A DNA stretch of 64,000 nucleotides from contig JBAQNN010000003.1 of the NCBI GenBank assembly GCA_049303835.1, positions 192,769-256,768 on the forward strand, given 5' to 3'. The position numbers and the translations under genes were made by a program. Positions 20,889-31,311 of this stretch are shown here, in pieces. The notes below the pieces were generated by a model. That model was not told where the DNA came from and made no database searches. It saw only the letters and a list, made by a program, of their open reading frames with translations. The stretch comes from Minisyncoccia bacterium. GTDB taxonomy: Bacteria > Patescibacteriota > Minisyncoccia > Phycocordibacterales > UBA9973. Numbering within the stretch: position 1 is the stretch's first letter; each line of letters opens with the position of its first letter.

Positions 20889-20919
20889 CCCCCCCCCCCG
20901 ACACTCCCATCGATCCCAA

Positions 20920-20948
20920 GCCGTCGCTCCGAGCGTCGGCTTTTAACT
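20920..20948 (+). terminator. GC hairpin (GCCGTCGC..GCGTCGGC) + TTTT after the mini-ORF; terminator/attenuator 11 nt before the cysteine-synthase-like ATG
   Basis: Inverted repeat and T-run read directly. Confidence 0.45.
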
Positions 20949-20958
20949 TAAATAGTAT

Positions 20959-21963
20959 ATGAATAATATAAAAAACAATCTTCGTGATCTAATTGGAGAC
21001 ACTCCAATGTTAGAAATAAAAACCAATAGGCCTGATTGGAGAATATTTTTAAAGTTAGAATATTTTAACCCTGGTGGAAGTTTTAAAGACCGCACAGGCA
21101 GAGCCTTGATAGAAGCGGCAGAGAAATCCGGAAAATTAAAAAAGGGAATGACTATCTATGAATCTTCTTCGGGCAATACTGCCAAGGCTTTAGCCATGCT
21201 TTCCGCAGAGAGAGGATATAAATTTGTGGCAATCGTTGACAAACACGCCCCGGCAGACAAACTCAACTCTATTTTAGCTTATGGGGGCAAACTTCATTTT
21301 TGCGCTGAAAACGAAGGCGATAAAAGTGGTCACTTAGTAGATGTTCGTCGTAATAAAGCTAAAGAATTAGCCGAAAAAAATAACGGCATCAATCTAGATC
21401 AATACGACAACCCGGAAAATCCTCTTGGCTTTTATAAAACTTTAGGCAAAGAAATTTTTAACCAAGTACCTGATATTGATTATCTTATAGGGACCATCGG
21501 CACAGGTAGTTCCCTCTCCGGAACAGGTAAATATCTCAAGGAAAATGGTGATACAAAAATAATCGCCTTAGAGCCAAAAGGCTCTAGTCATTTCTCCCCT
21601 TTGGGTCACGGATATTTTATATCCGGTCCCGGATACCCCGCCGGAGCTGTTCTGCCTAAAAATATTGACCCATTAATTTTTGATTTACACGACTATGTAT
21701 CTGATACTGAAACTTTTAATACCATGCGATTTTTTGCCCACCATAAAGGGTTACTTTTTGGAGATTCAAGCGGTATGGCGCTCTACTATGCTATGAAATT
21801 TATTAGAAATAGCCCGCAAAACTCCGAAACAAAAACAATGGTTCTCTTGATTGGAGATAGTGGAGAAAGTTATTTAACTCATGCTTTTTCAGATACTTGG
21901 ATGATAGAAAATGAACTTTTAGACGATAAAGTCGCAGAGAAATTATCTGATTTTTATATTTAA
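20959..21963 (+). CDS. PLP-dependent cysteine synthase-family enzyme (CysK/CysM/CBS fold type II)
   Basis: PLP-lysine motif GGSFKDR, SSGNTAKALA, glycine loop GTIGTGSSLSGT. Confidence 0.8.
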   Translation: MNNIKNNLRDLIGDTPMLEIKTNRPDWRIFLKLEYFNPGGSFKDRTGRALIEAAEKSGKLKKGMTIYESSSGNTAKALAMLSAERGYKFVAIVDKHAPADKLNSILAYGGKLHFCAENEGDKSGHLVDVRRNKAKELAEKNNGINLDQYDNPENPLGFYKTLGKEIFNQVPDIDYLIGTIGTGSSLSGTGKYLKENGDTKIIALEPKGSSHFSPLGHGYFISGPGYPAGAVLPKNIDPLIFDLHDYVSDTETFNTMRFFAHHKGLLFGDSSGMALYYAMKFIRNSPQNSETKTMVLLIGDSGESYLTHAFSDTWMIENELLDDKVAEKLSDFYI

Positions 21964-22985
21964 TTTATTGTATTCCCTGTTTTAATAACATGATCTACTA
22001 AGGTATAGGTATACCCCATTTCGTTGTCATACCAACCCATAACTTTTATCAAGTTTCCACCAACTACGCGAGTCATCTTAAGATCGGCAATAGATGCATA
22101 TTTACTTCCTAAAATGTCGCTAGAAACAAGCTCTTCTTCCGTAACGCTAAAAATATTTTCCCATCTTTTTTCTTGCGCCGCTTTTTTGAGAATTTCATTT
22201 ACTTCTTCTGCTGTGGTGTTTTTCTTGGAAAGAAAAGTCACATCTACCATTGACCCGGCGGGCACAGGGACACGCATTGATATCCCATCAAAAAGTCCTT
22301 CTAACTTTGTAAAAGCTTTTGTAACAGCCATCGCTGCTCCAGTAGAGCTAGGTACGATATTTTGCGCAGCGGCACGACCTTCTCTTAAATCTTTTTTACT
22401 AGGCCCATCCACTAAGGCCTGAGAAGCGGTGTATCCATGCACGGTATTTAAAATTGCTTTTTCTATACCTAAAGCTTCATCCAAAATAGCGATAAGTGGT
22501 GAAGCTGCATTTGTGGTACAAGATGCATTTGAAGTAATATCACAAGTGCCAAATTTTTCTTCATTTACACCAAGTAAAATAGTCTCACCCATCACACTAC
22601 CGTCTCCCTCCTTGGCGGGGGCAGAAATTACCACTTTTTTTGCCCCTGCACCCAAGTGCATTTTTGATTTTTCATATGAAGTGAAAAGTCCGGTGGATTC
22701 CACTACTACATCCACCTCCAAATCTTTCCAGGGAAGCAGACTCGGATCTTTTTCTGCCAAAACTTTTACCTTCTTGCCGTCAATTACCAGGCTATCCCCA
22801 TCAACTTTTATATCATGTCCCCATCCTCTATAAACCGTATCGTATTTAAGTAAATAGGCCATATTGGCAATGTCTCCCAAATCATTCATCGCCACAACTT
22901 CAATCTCCGGACGTTCCCATGCAAGTTTCAAAAAAGCTCTACCGATCCTGCCAAAACCATTAATGCCAACTTTAATTTTTTTCAT
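21960..22985 (-). CDS. gap: Glyceraldehyde-3-phosphate dehydrogenase; start reassigned to MKKIKVGINGFGRIGR
   Basis: NAD-binding GINGFGRIGR, catalytic ASCTTN; track ORF carries a 29-aa spurious extension. Confidence 0.9.
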   Translation of the reverse strand: MKKIKVGINGFGRIGRAFLKLAWERPEIEVVAMNDLGDIANMAYLLKYDTVYRGWGHDIKVDGDSLVIDGKKVKVLAEKDPSLLPWKDLEVDVVVESTGLFTSYEKSKMHLGAGAKKVVISAPAKEGDGSVMGETILLGVNEEKFGTCDITSNASCTTNAASPLIAILDEALGIEKAILNTVHGYTASQALVDGPSKKDLREGRAAAQNIVPSSTGAAMAVTKAFTKLEGLFDGISMRVPVPAGSMVDVTFLSKKNTTAEEVNEILKKAAQEKRWENIFSVTEEELVSSDILGSKYASIADLKMTRVVGGNLIKVMGWYDNEMGYTYTLVDHVIKTGNTIN

Positions 22986-23046
22986 AATTATTTGCCTAAA
23001 TTTTAATACATACAGTATATCAAAAAAATAACTAAAATGTGCTATT

Positions 23047-26000
23047 ATGGTGGAAATGGAAAAAGAAACCAAAGAAAATGAGCCAAAATTCGTACATCTC
23101 CATACTCATTCACACTATTCTCTTTTGGACGGGCTTTCCAAGCTTGAAGATTTAATTGCTTTAGCTAAAAAATTTAAAATGCCGGCGATAGCTATCACTG
23201 ACCACGGCAACATGTATGGAGCTATTGAATTTTATAAACTGGCGAAAAAAGCCGGGATTAAGCCCATTATTGGAGTAGAGGCTTATATGACTGCCGGGTC
23301 AAGATTAGACAGAACAGCGGAAGAAGGAGGAACCAAGCGTTATTATCATTTGACATTGCTCGCAAAAAATCTGGAAGGATATAAAAATTTAATTAAACTG
23401 GTAAGCCTGGCAAACCTAGAAGGATATTATTATAAACCGAGAATGGATAAAGAAATCTTGAGAAAATATTCCTCCGGCATCATTGCTCTTTCCGGATGTC
23501 TGGGTGGAGAATTGTCTCAAAGCATTGTTCGAGATGACATAAAAAAAGCGGAAGAAATAATTTACGAATATCAAGATATTTTTGGAAAAGAAAATTATTT
23601 TATAGAAATTCAATCTCACCCATCTGTTGAAAATGACAAAAAAGTCCGTGAAGCGCTCGTGGAACTTGCCCAAAAACACAACATCACCGTGGTTGCGACC
23701 CAAGACTCACATTATCCATGCACGGAAGATCATGAAGCACATCACACCTTACTCCAAATAAACACCCAGGGAGATGGCAAAGAAAATGGCAAATTTGAAT
23801 TTTCCGAAGATGATTTTTCTTTTATGAGTACGGAAATGGCACTTCAGGTTTTTAAAGATATACCGGAGGCTGTGACTAATACGGCAAAAGTGGCGGAGAT
23901 GTGTAACCTGGATTTGGAATTGGGAAAATGGGTTTTCCCTGATTTTAAAATTGAACCAGGTAAAACTTATGACGAGAAATTACGTGAATTGGCTTACGCT
24001 GGGTTTGAACGCCTAGGACTGAGAGAAACTCCTGAAATTAAAGAACGAGTAGAGTATGAATTAAAAATTATTTTTGATAAGGGATATTCGCCGTATTTCT
24101 TGGTAGTCGGAGATCTTTTAAAATTTGCCAAGGAAAACGGAATTCTGACGACCATCAGAGGATCGGTCGCCGGATCTATGGTCACTTACCTTCTCGGTAT
24201 TACCAATGTGGATCCAATCGCCTACAAACTCCCCTTTGAAAGATTCCTAAACCCTTATCGTCCCTCGGCGCCGGATATAGATATGGACTATGCCGACAAT
24301 CGCCGAGATGAAATGATTGAATATGCAAAGAAAAAATATGGTGAAGAAAAAGTGGCCCAAATAGGAACATTTGGCACGATGATGGCCCGCGGGGCCGTAC
24401 GAGATGTCGCCAGATCGCTCGGGTACGAATACAGTATCGGAGACAGACTTTCAAAAATGATTCCCCTTGGCTCTCAAGGGATGCCTATGACCATAGACCA
24501 CGCCATGGAGATAGTCCCAGAATTAAAAGAGGCATATAAAAAAGAAAAGGATACAAAAAAAATCCTGGACCTGGCCAAAAAACTGGAAGGCTGTGTTCGC
24601 CACATCTCGGTACACGCCGCCGGAGTCGTCATCTCTCCAAAGCCACTTTCAGAATATACTCCGACTCAATTTGACCCCAAAGGAGGCAAGGTAATAACCC
24701 AGTACGACATGTACAGCATTGAAGAAGCAGGACTTTTAAAATTTGATTTCTTGGGAATACGAAACCTGGCAATCTTGGCGGACGCAATTAATCTGGTAAA
24801 AAGATTTTACAATGTAAACATAGACATTGAACGTATCCCCCTTGATGATAAAAAAACTTTTGAACTTTTAGCAAAAGGCCAGACGGAAGGATTATTCCAA
24901 CTAAACGGTTCCGGCATGACAAGATATTTAAAAGAATTAAAACCGACTTCTATTCACGACATCAATGCCATGGTCGCCCTATATCGTCCCGGACCCATGG
25001 AATCAATCCCTGAATATATCAAACGAAAACACAACCCGAGCCTGGTAAAATATCTGGATCCTAGAATGAAAAAATTCTTAGGACAATCATATGGACTGAT
25101 CGTTTATCAGGACGACTTACTCTTCTCTGCCATAGAACTGGCCGGGTACAATTGGGAAGAAGCGGATAAATTCCGCAAGGCCGTAGGTAAAAAAATTCCC
25201 GCGGAAATGGCGGCTCAGAGAGAGAAATTTACCAAAGGCATCATAGACAACGGACAGACACCAGAATTTGCCGAGAAGCTCTGGAGACTCTTTGAACCAT
25301 TTCAGGCTTATGGTTTCAACAAGGCGCACGCGGCTTCCTACGGCAAGGTCGCCTATCAGACCGCTTATATGAAAGCACACTATCCAGTAGAATACATGGC
25401 GGCTATTTTGACTGCTGAATCAGGCGACGTAGAAAAAATTGCAGAAATTATTGAAGAGTGCAAACACATGAAAATTCCGGTCTTGCCTCCCCACATTAAC
25501 GAAAGCTTTGGTGGGTTTACTTGCCTATCTTCCAAAACAGGACTAGATGTAAACAAAGAAAATGAGAGCGAGAAGATCAGATTCGGGTTTTATACCATCA
25601 AAAACTTGGGTACTGATATTTCAGATAATATTATCGCTGAAAGAAAATTAAACGGAAAATTTAAATCTGTCAGCGACTTTTTAGATAGAATCAAACATAA
25701 AAACTTAAACAAGAAATCTATGGATGCCTTGATCAAATCCGGATGCATGGACGACTGGGGAGACCGCGGAGTATTACTCTCAAATTTGGAAGCAATGCTT
25801 GCTTACAACCACGAAAGTGTCAAACAAAACGGAAACCAGGTTTCTCTTTTTGGCGGGATAACAAAAGTGCAAGCTCCAGAATTCAAAATGCAAAGTGGAA
25901 AAGAAGCAGAACAGGCAGAAAAACTACTTTGGGAAAAAGAACTCTTGGGGCTTTACATCTCCGGTCATCCACTTGACCGTCTGCGCGACAAACTGGAGAA

Positions 26001-26289
26001 AAGAAATATAAATATAAAAAAAATAAAAGGAGAATTTGGCAATGGTATGCAAGTCACTATCGCCGGGATAATAGAAAATGCCAGGCAAGTGGTGACAAAG
26101 AAAAACGAACGTATGGCCTTCTTGAAAATCGCGGATTTTTCCGATTCCATAGAGGCTGTCTGCTTCCCCTCTATCTTCAAAGAATCAATAGACATTCTTG
26201 TGGCAGAAAAATGCATTGCCCTATCTGGTAAAGTATCAAATCGCAACGGCGAAAAGAGCATCATCATTGAAGCTGTAAAAGAAATATAG
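23047..26289 (+). CDS. dnaE: DNA polymerase III alpha subunit
   Basis: PHP domain [13 protein letters not shown], polymerase core, OB fold; 1080 aa. Confidence 0.9.
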   Translation: MVEMEKETKENEPKFVHLHTHSHYSLLDGLSKLEDLIALAKKFKMPAIAITDHGNMYGAIEFYKLAKKAGIKPIIGVEAYMTAGSRLDRTAEEGGTKRYYHLTLLAKNLEGYKNLIKLVSLANLEGYYYKPRMDKEILRKYSSGIIALSGCLGGELSQSIVRDDIKKAEEIIYEYQDIFGKENYFIEIQSHPSVENDKKVREALVELAQKHNITVVATQDSHYPCTEDHEAHHTLLQINTQGDGKENGKFEFSEDDFSFMSTEMALQVFKDIPEAVTNTAKVAEMCNLDLELGKWVFPDFKIEPGKTYDEKLRELAYAGFERLGLRETPEIKERVEYELKIIFDKGYSPYFLVVGDLLKFAKENGILTTIRGSVAGSMVTYLLGITNVDPIAYKLPFERFLNPYRPSAPDIDMDYADNRRDEMIEYAKKKYGEEKVAQIGTFGTMMARGAVRDVARSLGYEYSIGDRLSKMIPLGSQGMPMTIDHAMEIVPELKEAYKKEKDTKKILDLAKKLEGCVRHISVHAAGVVISPKPLSEYTPTQFDPKGGKVITQYDMYSIEEAGLLKFDFLGIRNLAILADAINLVKRFYNVNIDIERIPLDDKKTFELLAKGQTEGLFQLNGSGMTRYLKELKPTSIHDINAMVALYRPGPMESIPEYIKRKHNPSLVKYLDPRMKKFLGQSYGLIVYQDDLLFSAIELAGYNWEEADKFRKAVGKKIPAEMAAQREKFTKGIIDNGQTPEFAEKLWRLFEPFQAYGFNKAHAASYGKVAYQTAYMKAHYPVEYMAAILTAESGDVEKIAEIIEECKHMKIPVLPPHINESFGGFTCLSSKTGLDVNKENESEKIRFGFYTIKNLGTDISDNIIAERKLNGKFKSVSDFLDRIKHKNLNKKSMDALIKSGCMDDWGDRGVLLSNLEAMLAYNHESVKQNGNQVSLFGGITKVQAPEFKMQSGKEAEQAEKLLWEKELLGLYISGHPLDRLRDKLEKRNINIKKIKGEFGNGMQVTIAGIIENARQVVTKKNERMAFLKIADFSDSIEAVCFPSIFKESIDILVAEKCIALSGKVSNRNGEKSIIIEAVKEI

Positions 26290-26292
26290 AAA

Positions 26293-26820
26293 TTAGTTAT
26301 ACAAGCTCATCGCTTTTTCTTTACTCTCGGTAAAAATAGTTTCCACTGCTTCAGCGACTTTTTTGGATAATTTTTTGAGAATTTCCAATTCTGGTTTTTT
26401 GAATTCTCCAAGTAAAAACTTTAATACTTCTTTTTCGCCTGATGCCTTTTTTAATTTTCCTCCGGGCGTTGTGGGTGTGATGCCGACTCTAATTCGTAAA
26501 AATTCCTGACTTTTGAGAGACTTGATTACTGAATTAAGTCCGTTGTGTCCTCCAGATGATCGATTAAACGAAATTTTCATTTTTCCAAGCGGTAAATCAA
26601 TATCGTCATAAATCACCACTAAATTTTCTAAATCCTTTTTTGTTTTTACCAAGGGAGCTACGGCTTTTCCGGAATTATTCATAAAAGTATCCGGGGTTAG
26701 AAATTTTATTTTTTTACCTTCCAACTTTTCCTCAATCATGCCGACTAAAATACGGCCAGTATTGTGCCTGGTATTTTCATATTCTTTGCCTGGATTTCCC
26801 AAGCCAACGACTAATTTCAT
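26293..26820 (-). CDS. pth: Peptidyl-tRNA hydrolase
   Basis: MKLVVGLGNPG...YENTRHN signature. Confidence 0.9.
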   Translation of the reverse strand: MKLVVGLGNPGKEYENTRHNTGRILVGMIEEKLEGKKIKFLTPDTFMNNSGKAVAPLVKTKKDLENLVVIYDDIDLPLGKMKISFNRSSGGHNGLNSVIKSLKSQEFLRIRVGITPTTPGGKLKKASGEKEVLKFLLGEFKKPELEILKKLSKKVAEAVETIFTESKEKAMSLYN

Positions 26821-26940
26821 ATTCCTATAATACCATAACCCAAAAAAGTTATCCCCACCCCAAACCTAGTTTGGGGGTGAAAAATATTAGAATATATCGT
26901 TTACCACAATGTCAAGGATTCTTTGTGCTATATTATATGA

Positions 26941-27501
26941 ATGGAACCAACAAAAACTAAGTGGCAATCGTTTTGGGAGCTTGTGCGCTTCGCGCTCATA
27001 GCTCTTATTATAGTTATCCCCATCCGTGTGTTTATCGCTGAACCATTTATCGTTTCAGGCTCCTCCATGGTGCCGACATTTGAAAATGGAGATTATCTGA
27101 TAATAGACAAAGTATCATACGTGTTAGGTAGCCCAAAAAGAGACGACGTAGTGGTTTTCAGATATCCTGGTGATACTTCAAAATTTTTTATTAAAAGAAT
27201 AATCGGTCTTCCTAATGAGACAGTAGACATCAAAGGTAATGAGGTTACAATCACCAATGAAGGAAAGAAGGAAGGTTTCAAACTAGAACAACCTTTTGTA
27301 AAAAATATTTCAAACAATGACACACATTTTGAATTAAAAAATGATGAATATTTCGTAATGGGAGACAATAGAAGTGCCAGCTCTGACTCAAGGTATTGGG
27401 GTGCGGTGGAAAAAGATCTTCTCACGGGAAAAGCGCTCTTACGTTTACTTCCTGTAAATAAAGTGGACTTCTGGCCGGGAAGTTATAGCCAAGAAAACTA
27501 A
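26941..27501 (+). CDS. lepB: Signal peptidase I
   Basis: TM anchor, catalytic SGSSMVPT Ser box, KR box, GDNR...SxDSR boxes. Confidence 0.85.
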   Translation: MEPTKTKWQSFWELVRFALIALIIVIPIRVFIAEPFIVSGSSMVPTFENGDYLIIDKVSYVLGSPKRDDVVVFRYPGDTSKFFIKRIIGLPNETVDIKGNEVTITNEGKKEGFKLEQPFVKNISNNDTHFELKNDEYFVMGDNRSASSDSRYWGAVEKDLLTGKALLRLLPVNKVDFWPGSYSQEN

Positions 27502-27504
27502 TTT

Positions 27505-28812
27505 ATGAAAAAAACAACACATACGGGGAAAAACAAATCCACCGAAGTAGCTTCACCAAAAGGAATGCGAGACTTGATGAATGAAGAGTATTATGGGTTT
27601 CAAGGCTTCTTTGAAAAAGCGCAAGAAGTAGCTGTGTATTTTGGGTTTAAACCTATTGACACCCCTATTTTGGAACACGAAGAAGTATTTACTGGTGGTA
27701 TTGGAGAAGGTACAGATATTGTAGACAAAGAAATGTACACTTTGAAGACAAAGGGTGGAGACCACTTGGCTTTGAGGCCCGAACACACCGCTTCTTTGAT
27801 GCGAGCTTATATAGAACACGGAATGCAGTCCATGCCTCAACCTGTGATGTTTTATCAATACGGCCCAGTCTTTAGACACGACAAACCACAACGTGGACGC
27901 TATCGCCAATTTTGGCAATTTGATTTGGATTGTCTAGGAAATGACAAAAGTATAATGGACGCATTGGTAATCAAAGCTGGAATCAGCATCTTGGAAGAAG
28001 CAGGGGCGACAAATCTGACGGTTGATATAAATTCAATCGGTGATAAAGAGTGCCGAAATGGTTATATAAAAGAATTAACCAATTATTACCGCAAAAATTT
28101 GAGCAGCTTACCTGCTGTTGACCGAGAAAGATTAAAGACCAATCCCCTCCGCATCCTGGATTCCAAAGAAGAAAAAACAAAAGAACTAAATGACAATGCG
28201 CCAGATTCAGTTTCCTTTCTTTGCGCCTCTTGCAAAAAACATTTCAAGGAAGTTTTGGAATATTTAGAAGAAATGGGAATTAATTACAATATAAACAAAA
28301 ATTTAGTGCGAGGACTTTCTTATTATACTCGTACTGTTTTTGAGGTAATAGAAGAAGGCGGAGCGGAAGATGGTTCCCCGCTCGCGCTCGGAGGTGGCGG
28401 ACGATATGATTACTTGGCAAAACAAGTCGGCGGGAAAAAAGATGTACCGGCTGTCGGCTTTTCTATCGGAGTAGATAGAATAGTGGAAGCAAAATGGTAC
28501 AAAAAACTTTCTCCTCGCATATTAAAAAAACCAAAGATCTATTTCATTCAATTGGGTTCCGAGGCAAAATTGAAAAGTTTAAATATAATTGAAATATTGC
28601 GCAAGGCGCATATACCCATCGCTCAGTCCCTATCTAAAGATAGCTTGGGTTCTCAGTTGGGAATCGCAGAGAAGCTTTCCATTCCCTATGCTATAATATT
28701 TGGAGTAAAAGAAGCAATAGATGACTCAGTTATCGTACGAGACATGTCCAACAGATCTCAGGACACAGTAAAATTGAGCAAGCTTTTGGAATATCTAAAA
28801 GAACTTAAATAA
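27505..28812 (+). CDS. hisS: Histidyl-tRNA synthetase
   Basis: Class II motifs, HisRS-specific GGGGRYDYL, C-terminal anticodon-binding domain. Confidence 0.9.
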   Translation: MKKTTHTGKNKSTEVASPKGMRDLMNEEYYGFQGFFEKAQEVAVYFGFKPIDTPILEHEEVFTGGIGEGTDIVDKEMYTLKTKGGDHLALRPEHTASLMRAYIEHGMQSMPQPVMFYQYGPVFRHDKPQRGRYRQFWQFDLDCLGNDKSIMDALVIKAGISILEEAGATNLTVDINSIGDKECRNGYIKELTNYYRKNLSSLPAVDRERLKTNPLRILDSKEEKTKELNDNAPDSVSFLCASCKKHFKEVLEYLEEMGINYNINKNLVRGLSYYTRTVFEVIEEGGAEDGSPLALGGGGRYDYLAKQVGGKKDVPAVGFSIGVDRIVEAKWYKKLSPRILKKPKIYFIQLGSEAKLKSLNIIEILRKAHIPIAQSLSKDSLGSQLGIAEKLSIPYAIIFGVKEAIDDSVIVRDMSNRSQDTVKLSKLLEYLKELK

Positions 28813-28820
28813 AAACGAAA

Positions 28821-29387
28821 ATGAAGAAAATTCTTCAACAAAAAGAAAAGGTCTTGCGCCAGATTGCTCACGAGATTCCTATTTCAGATATTAAAACGAA
28901 AAAAATCCAGAATATCCTAAGAGAAATGTCCGAAGCGCTCTTGAGTCAGGATGACGGCGTCGCCATCGCCGCGCCTCAGATAGGATATTCTCTGCGCATC
29001 TTCGTCGTATCGGGAAAAATTTTTTCTGATTATTTTGTCAAAAGTCGGGAAGAAAAATTACTCAAAAAAAAGGACAACATAATAAAATCCACAGAAAACG
29101 AAGAAAAGATAAAAGATCTAGTTTTTATTAATCCAAAAATATCCAAACTCTCCAGAGAAAAAGAATGGGTGCCGGAAGGTTGCTTGTCTGTTAGATGGCT
29201 TTATGGAAATACTTTCAGATCAAAAAAGGCCACCGTCACTGCTTATGACGAAAATGGGAAGAAATTTACAAGGGGGGCCTCTGGCTTATTGGCCCAAATA
29301 TTTCAACACGAAACTGATCATTTAGCTGGAACTCTCTTTATTGACCACGCCAAGGATATAAAAGAAGAGCTCCCCGCTAAAAAATAA
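28821..29387 (+). CDS. def: Peptide deformylase
   Basis: GVAIAAPQIG, EGCLSV, QHETDHLAG motifs. Confidence 0.9.
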   Translation: MKKILQQKEKVLRQIAHEIPISDIKTKKIQNILREMSEALLSQDDGVAIAAPQIGYSLRIFVVSGKIFSDYFVKSREEKLLKKKDNIIKSTENEEKIKDLVFINPKISKLSREKEWVPEGCLSVRWLYGNTFRSKKATVTAYDENGKKFTRGASGLLAQIFQHETDHLAGTLFIDHAKDIKEELPAKK

Positions 29388-30242
29388 ATGAAAAACGACA
29401 CGGGACAAAAATTGAATTTTGTATTTTGGGGTACTCCAGAGGTAGCCAGTGAAACTTTAGAGATTTTAAAGGAAAGTGGCTATATACCATCTCTTATCGT
29501 CACTTCTCCGGACAAACCACAGGGACGAAGAATGCTCATCACTCCCCCTCCTGTAAAAGTCTGGGCCATACAAAACAACATACCCTGCGTACAACCAGAA
29601 AAACTAGATGAGGAATTTTCTAACAAGCTAAAAGCTATAAGTCACAAGCTATCCATCGTAGTAGCTTATGGCAAGATAATACCAGAAGAAATAATAAACA
29701 TGCCCAAGTTGGGCTCCATAAACATTCACTATTCATTACTTCCGAAATATCGCGGAGCTTCCCCGGTAGAATCGACAATCTTAAATGGTGATATTGAGAC
29801 AGGTATATCAATACAAAAAATGGTGTACAAAATGGATGCCGGGCCAATTATTACAGAGGAAAAGATTAATATACATCCGGATGAAAAAGCTTTAGAATTG
29901 AAAAACCGTCTGATAAAAATAGGTGGGGATCTTTTGGTAAAAATTTTACCGGATTTAATTGAAGGAAAAACTAAAGAGGTTGCGCAAAATGAATCACAAG
30001 TAACTTTTTGTAAAAAAATCAAGAAAGAAGATGGCCTTATTGATTTGAATGACAATGCCACAAAAAACTATAATAAATTCAGAGCGTTTGCTTCTTGGCC
30101 AAGGATTTTCTTTTTTCAGAATAATAAGAGAATTATTATCACCGATGCAACACTAGAAAATAACGAATTTAAAATCAAAAAAGTATTGCCTGAGGGTAGA
30201 AAAGAAATCAAGTATGAAGATTTTTTAAAAACTAGTATTTAG
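29388..30242 (+). CDS. fmt: Methionyl-tRNA formyltransferase
   Basis: Formyltransferase N-domain with INIHYSLLPKYRGASPV, C-terminal domain. Confidence 0.9.
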   Translation: MKNDTGQKLNFVFWGTPEVASETLEILKESGYIPSLIVTSPDKPQGRRMLITPPPVKVWAIQNNIPCVQPEKLDEEFSNKLKAISHKLSIVVAYGKIIPEEIINMPKLGSINIHYSLLPKYRGASPVESTILNGDIETGISIQKMVYKMDAGPIITEEKINIHPDEKALELKNRLIKIGGDLLVKILPDLIEGKTKEVAQNESQVTFCKKIKKEDGLIDLNDNATKNYNKFRAFASWPRIFFFQNNKRIIITDATLENNEFKIKKVLPEGRKEIKYEDFLKTSI

Positions 30243-30630
30243 AGGTAAACGGATTCCTGTCAGATAGGCCTTTCAACATTTTTTTAACACTGGCAGCCCC
30301 ACGTTTGAACAAAGTTTGTTTGCGTTCTTTGTTTCTTCTTATCTCTTCATAAAGTCTTTCTTTTACCTCATCAATTGAGCCATAGAGGTTTTCCTTATCG
30401 GTACTATAATAAAACTTTTTGCCATCTATATTAATCAAACAATCAGAATGAAAAACTTCACCTGCCTTGTGATGCTTCGTACTCTGCCCAACCTCAAAAT
30501 TGACCTTTATTTCTCCCCCATTCTCCTCAATAGAGGAAAGAAGTTTTTCCAAATTAGTCACTCTTTTTAAAACATAATCCTTAATAGCTTCAGTCAACTC
30601 TATATTTTTACTTTGTAAATTTATTTGCAT
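30232..30630 (-). CDS. hpf: Ribosome hibernation promoting factor (HPF/RaiA family)
   Basis: MQINLQSKNIELTEAIKDYVLKRV N-terminal fold typical of HPF. Confidence 0.75.
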   Translation of the reverse strand: MQINLQSKNIELTEAIKDYVLKRVTNLEKLLSSIEENGGEIKVNFEVGQSTKHHKAGEVFHSDCLINIDGKKFYYSTDKENLYGSIDEVKERLYEEIRRNKERKQTLFKRGAASVKKMLKGLSDRNPFTSKY

Positions 30631-30642
30631 ATATTAATTATA

Positions 30643-31272
30643 TCATAAATTTTTTTCCTTAATAATTTCCTCCTCTTCCCTGGTAAAGACTTTTTTAAGC
30701 CAAATTTGCGCCATGACGATAATTAAAAGAATTAAAACGACAAAACCCACTCCGGCATATACGTTCTTTAAAATACGAGAAAGGTAAGCAAAACCGAGAC
30801 CGGACAGAAAACCTATAGAGGTGAGTGTCGTAAGCCAGATTAAGATAGCCGCTAGGTCGTTGCATATGAATCTCTTAAAAGCGATGCCTGTTTTACTGAC
30901 ATAAAAAATCACAACCACTCTGGTACCAACGAGAAATTTTGCAAAGATAAAGGCAAATAAATGATTTCCCCTACTTAGACGCTGTATCGCTTCAAAGATG
31001 ACGGTAATTGTTTTGGCGGTGTAACGGTGGCCGACTATTCTTCCTGCCATTTTTGTTTTACCAAGCAAAAACCACAAAGTATCCGAGGATAAAGTACCAA
31101 AAAAACTGACAATAAAAAATGGAGTCAGGGGAAAAGCGTTCTGAGCGGCAAGAAAAGACAGAAAAATAATTGCTGACTCTCCACCGAAAGCTGCACCAAA
31201 AAATATTATTACGTATTTCAATAATGGATAACTGAGGATAAAAGCAGAAACCCATTCCACAAAAGAAGTCAT
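30643..31272 (-). CDS. DedA/TVP38-family membrane protein
   Basis: ~200 aa, 5-6 TM, FGAAFGGESAII and LWFLLGK motifs. Confidence 0.65.
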   Translation of the reverse strand: MTSFVEWVSAFILSYPLLKYVIIFFGAAFGGESAIIFLSFLAAQNAFPLTPFFIVSFFGTLSSDTLWFLLGKTKMAGRIVGHRYTAKTITVIFEAIQRLSRGNHLFAFIFAKFLVGTRVVVIFYVSKTGIAFKRFICNDLAAILIWLTTLTSIGFLSGLGFAYLSRILKNVYAGVGFVVLILLIIVMAQIWLKKVFTREEEEIIKEKNL

Positions 31273-31311
31273 AGGAGTATTCTAACAGTTTTAAAAAGAA
31301 AAAATAGAGCC

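Noticed and set aside
22986-23072. 29-aa N-terminal extension of gap (track start 23072)
   Set aside because: True start is the internal MKKIKVGINGFGRIGR, as in all GAPDHs. Same logic applied to mscL (39136), the ECF sigma factor (42742), tkt subunits and the 55321 ORF.
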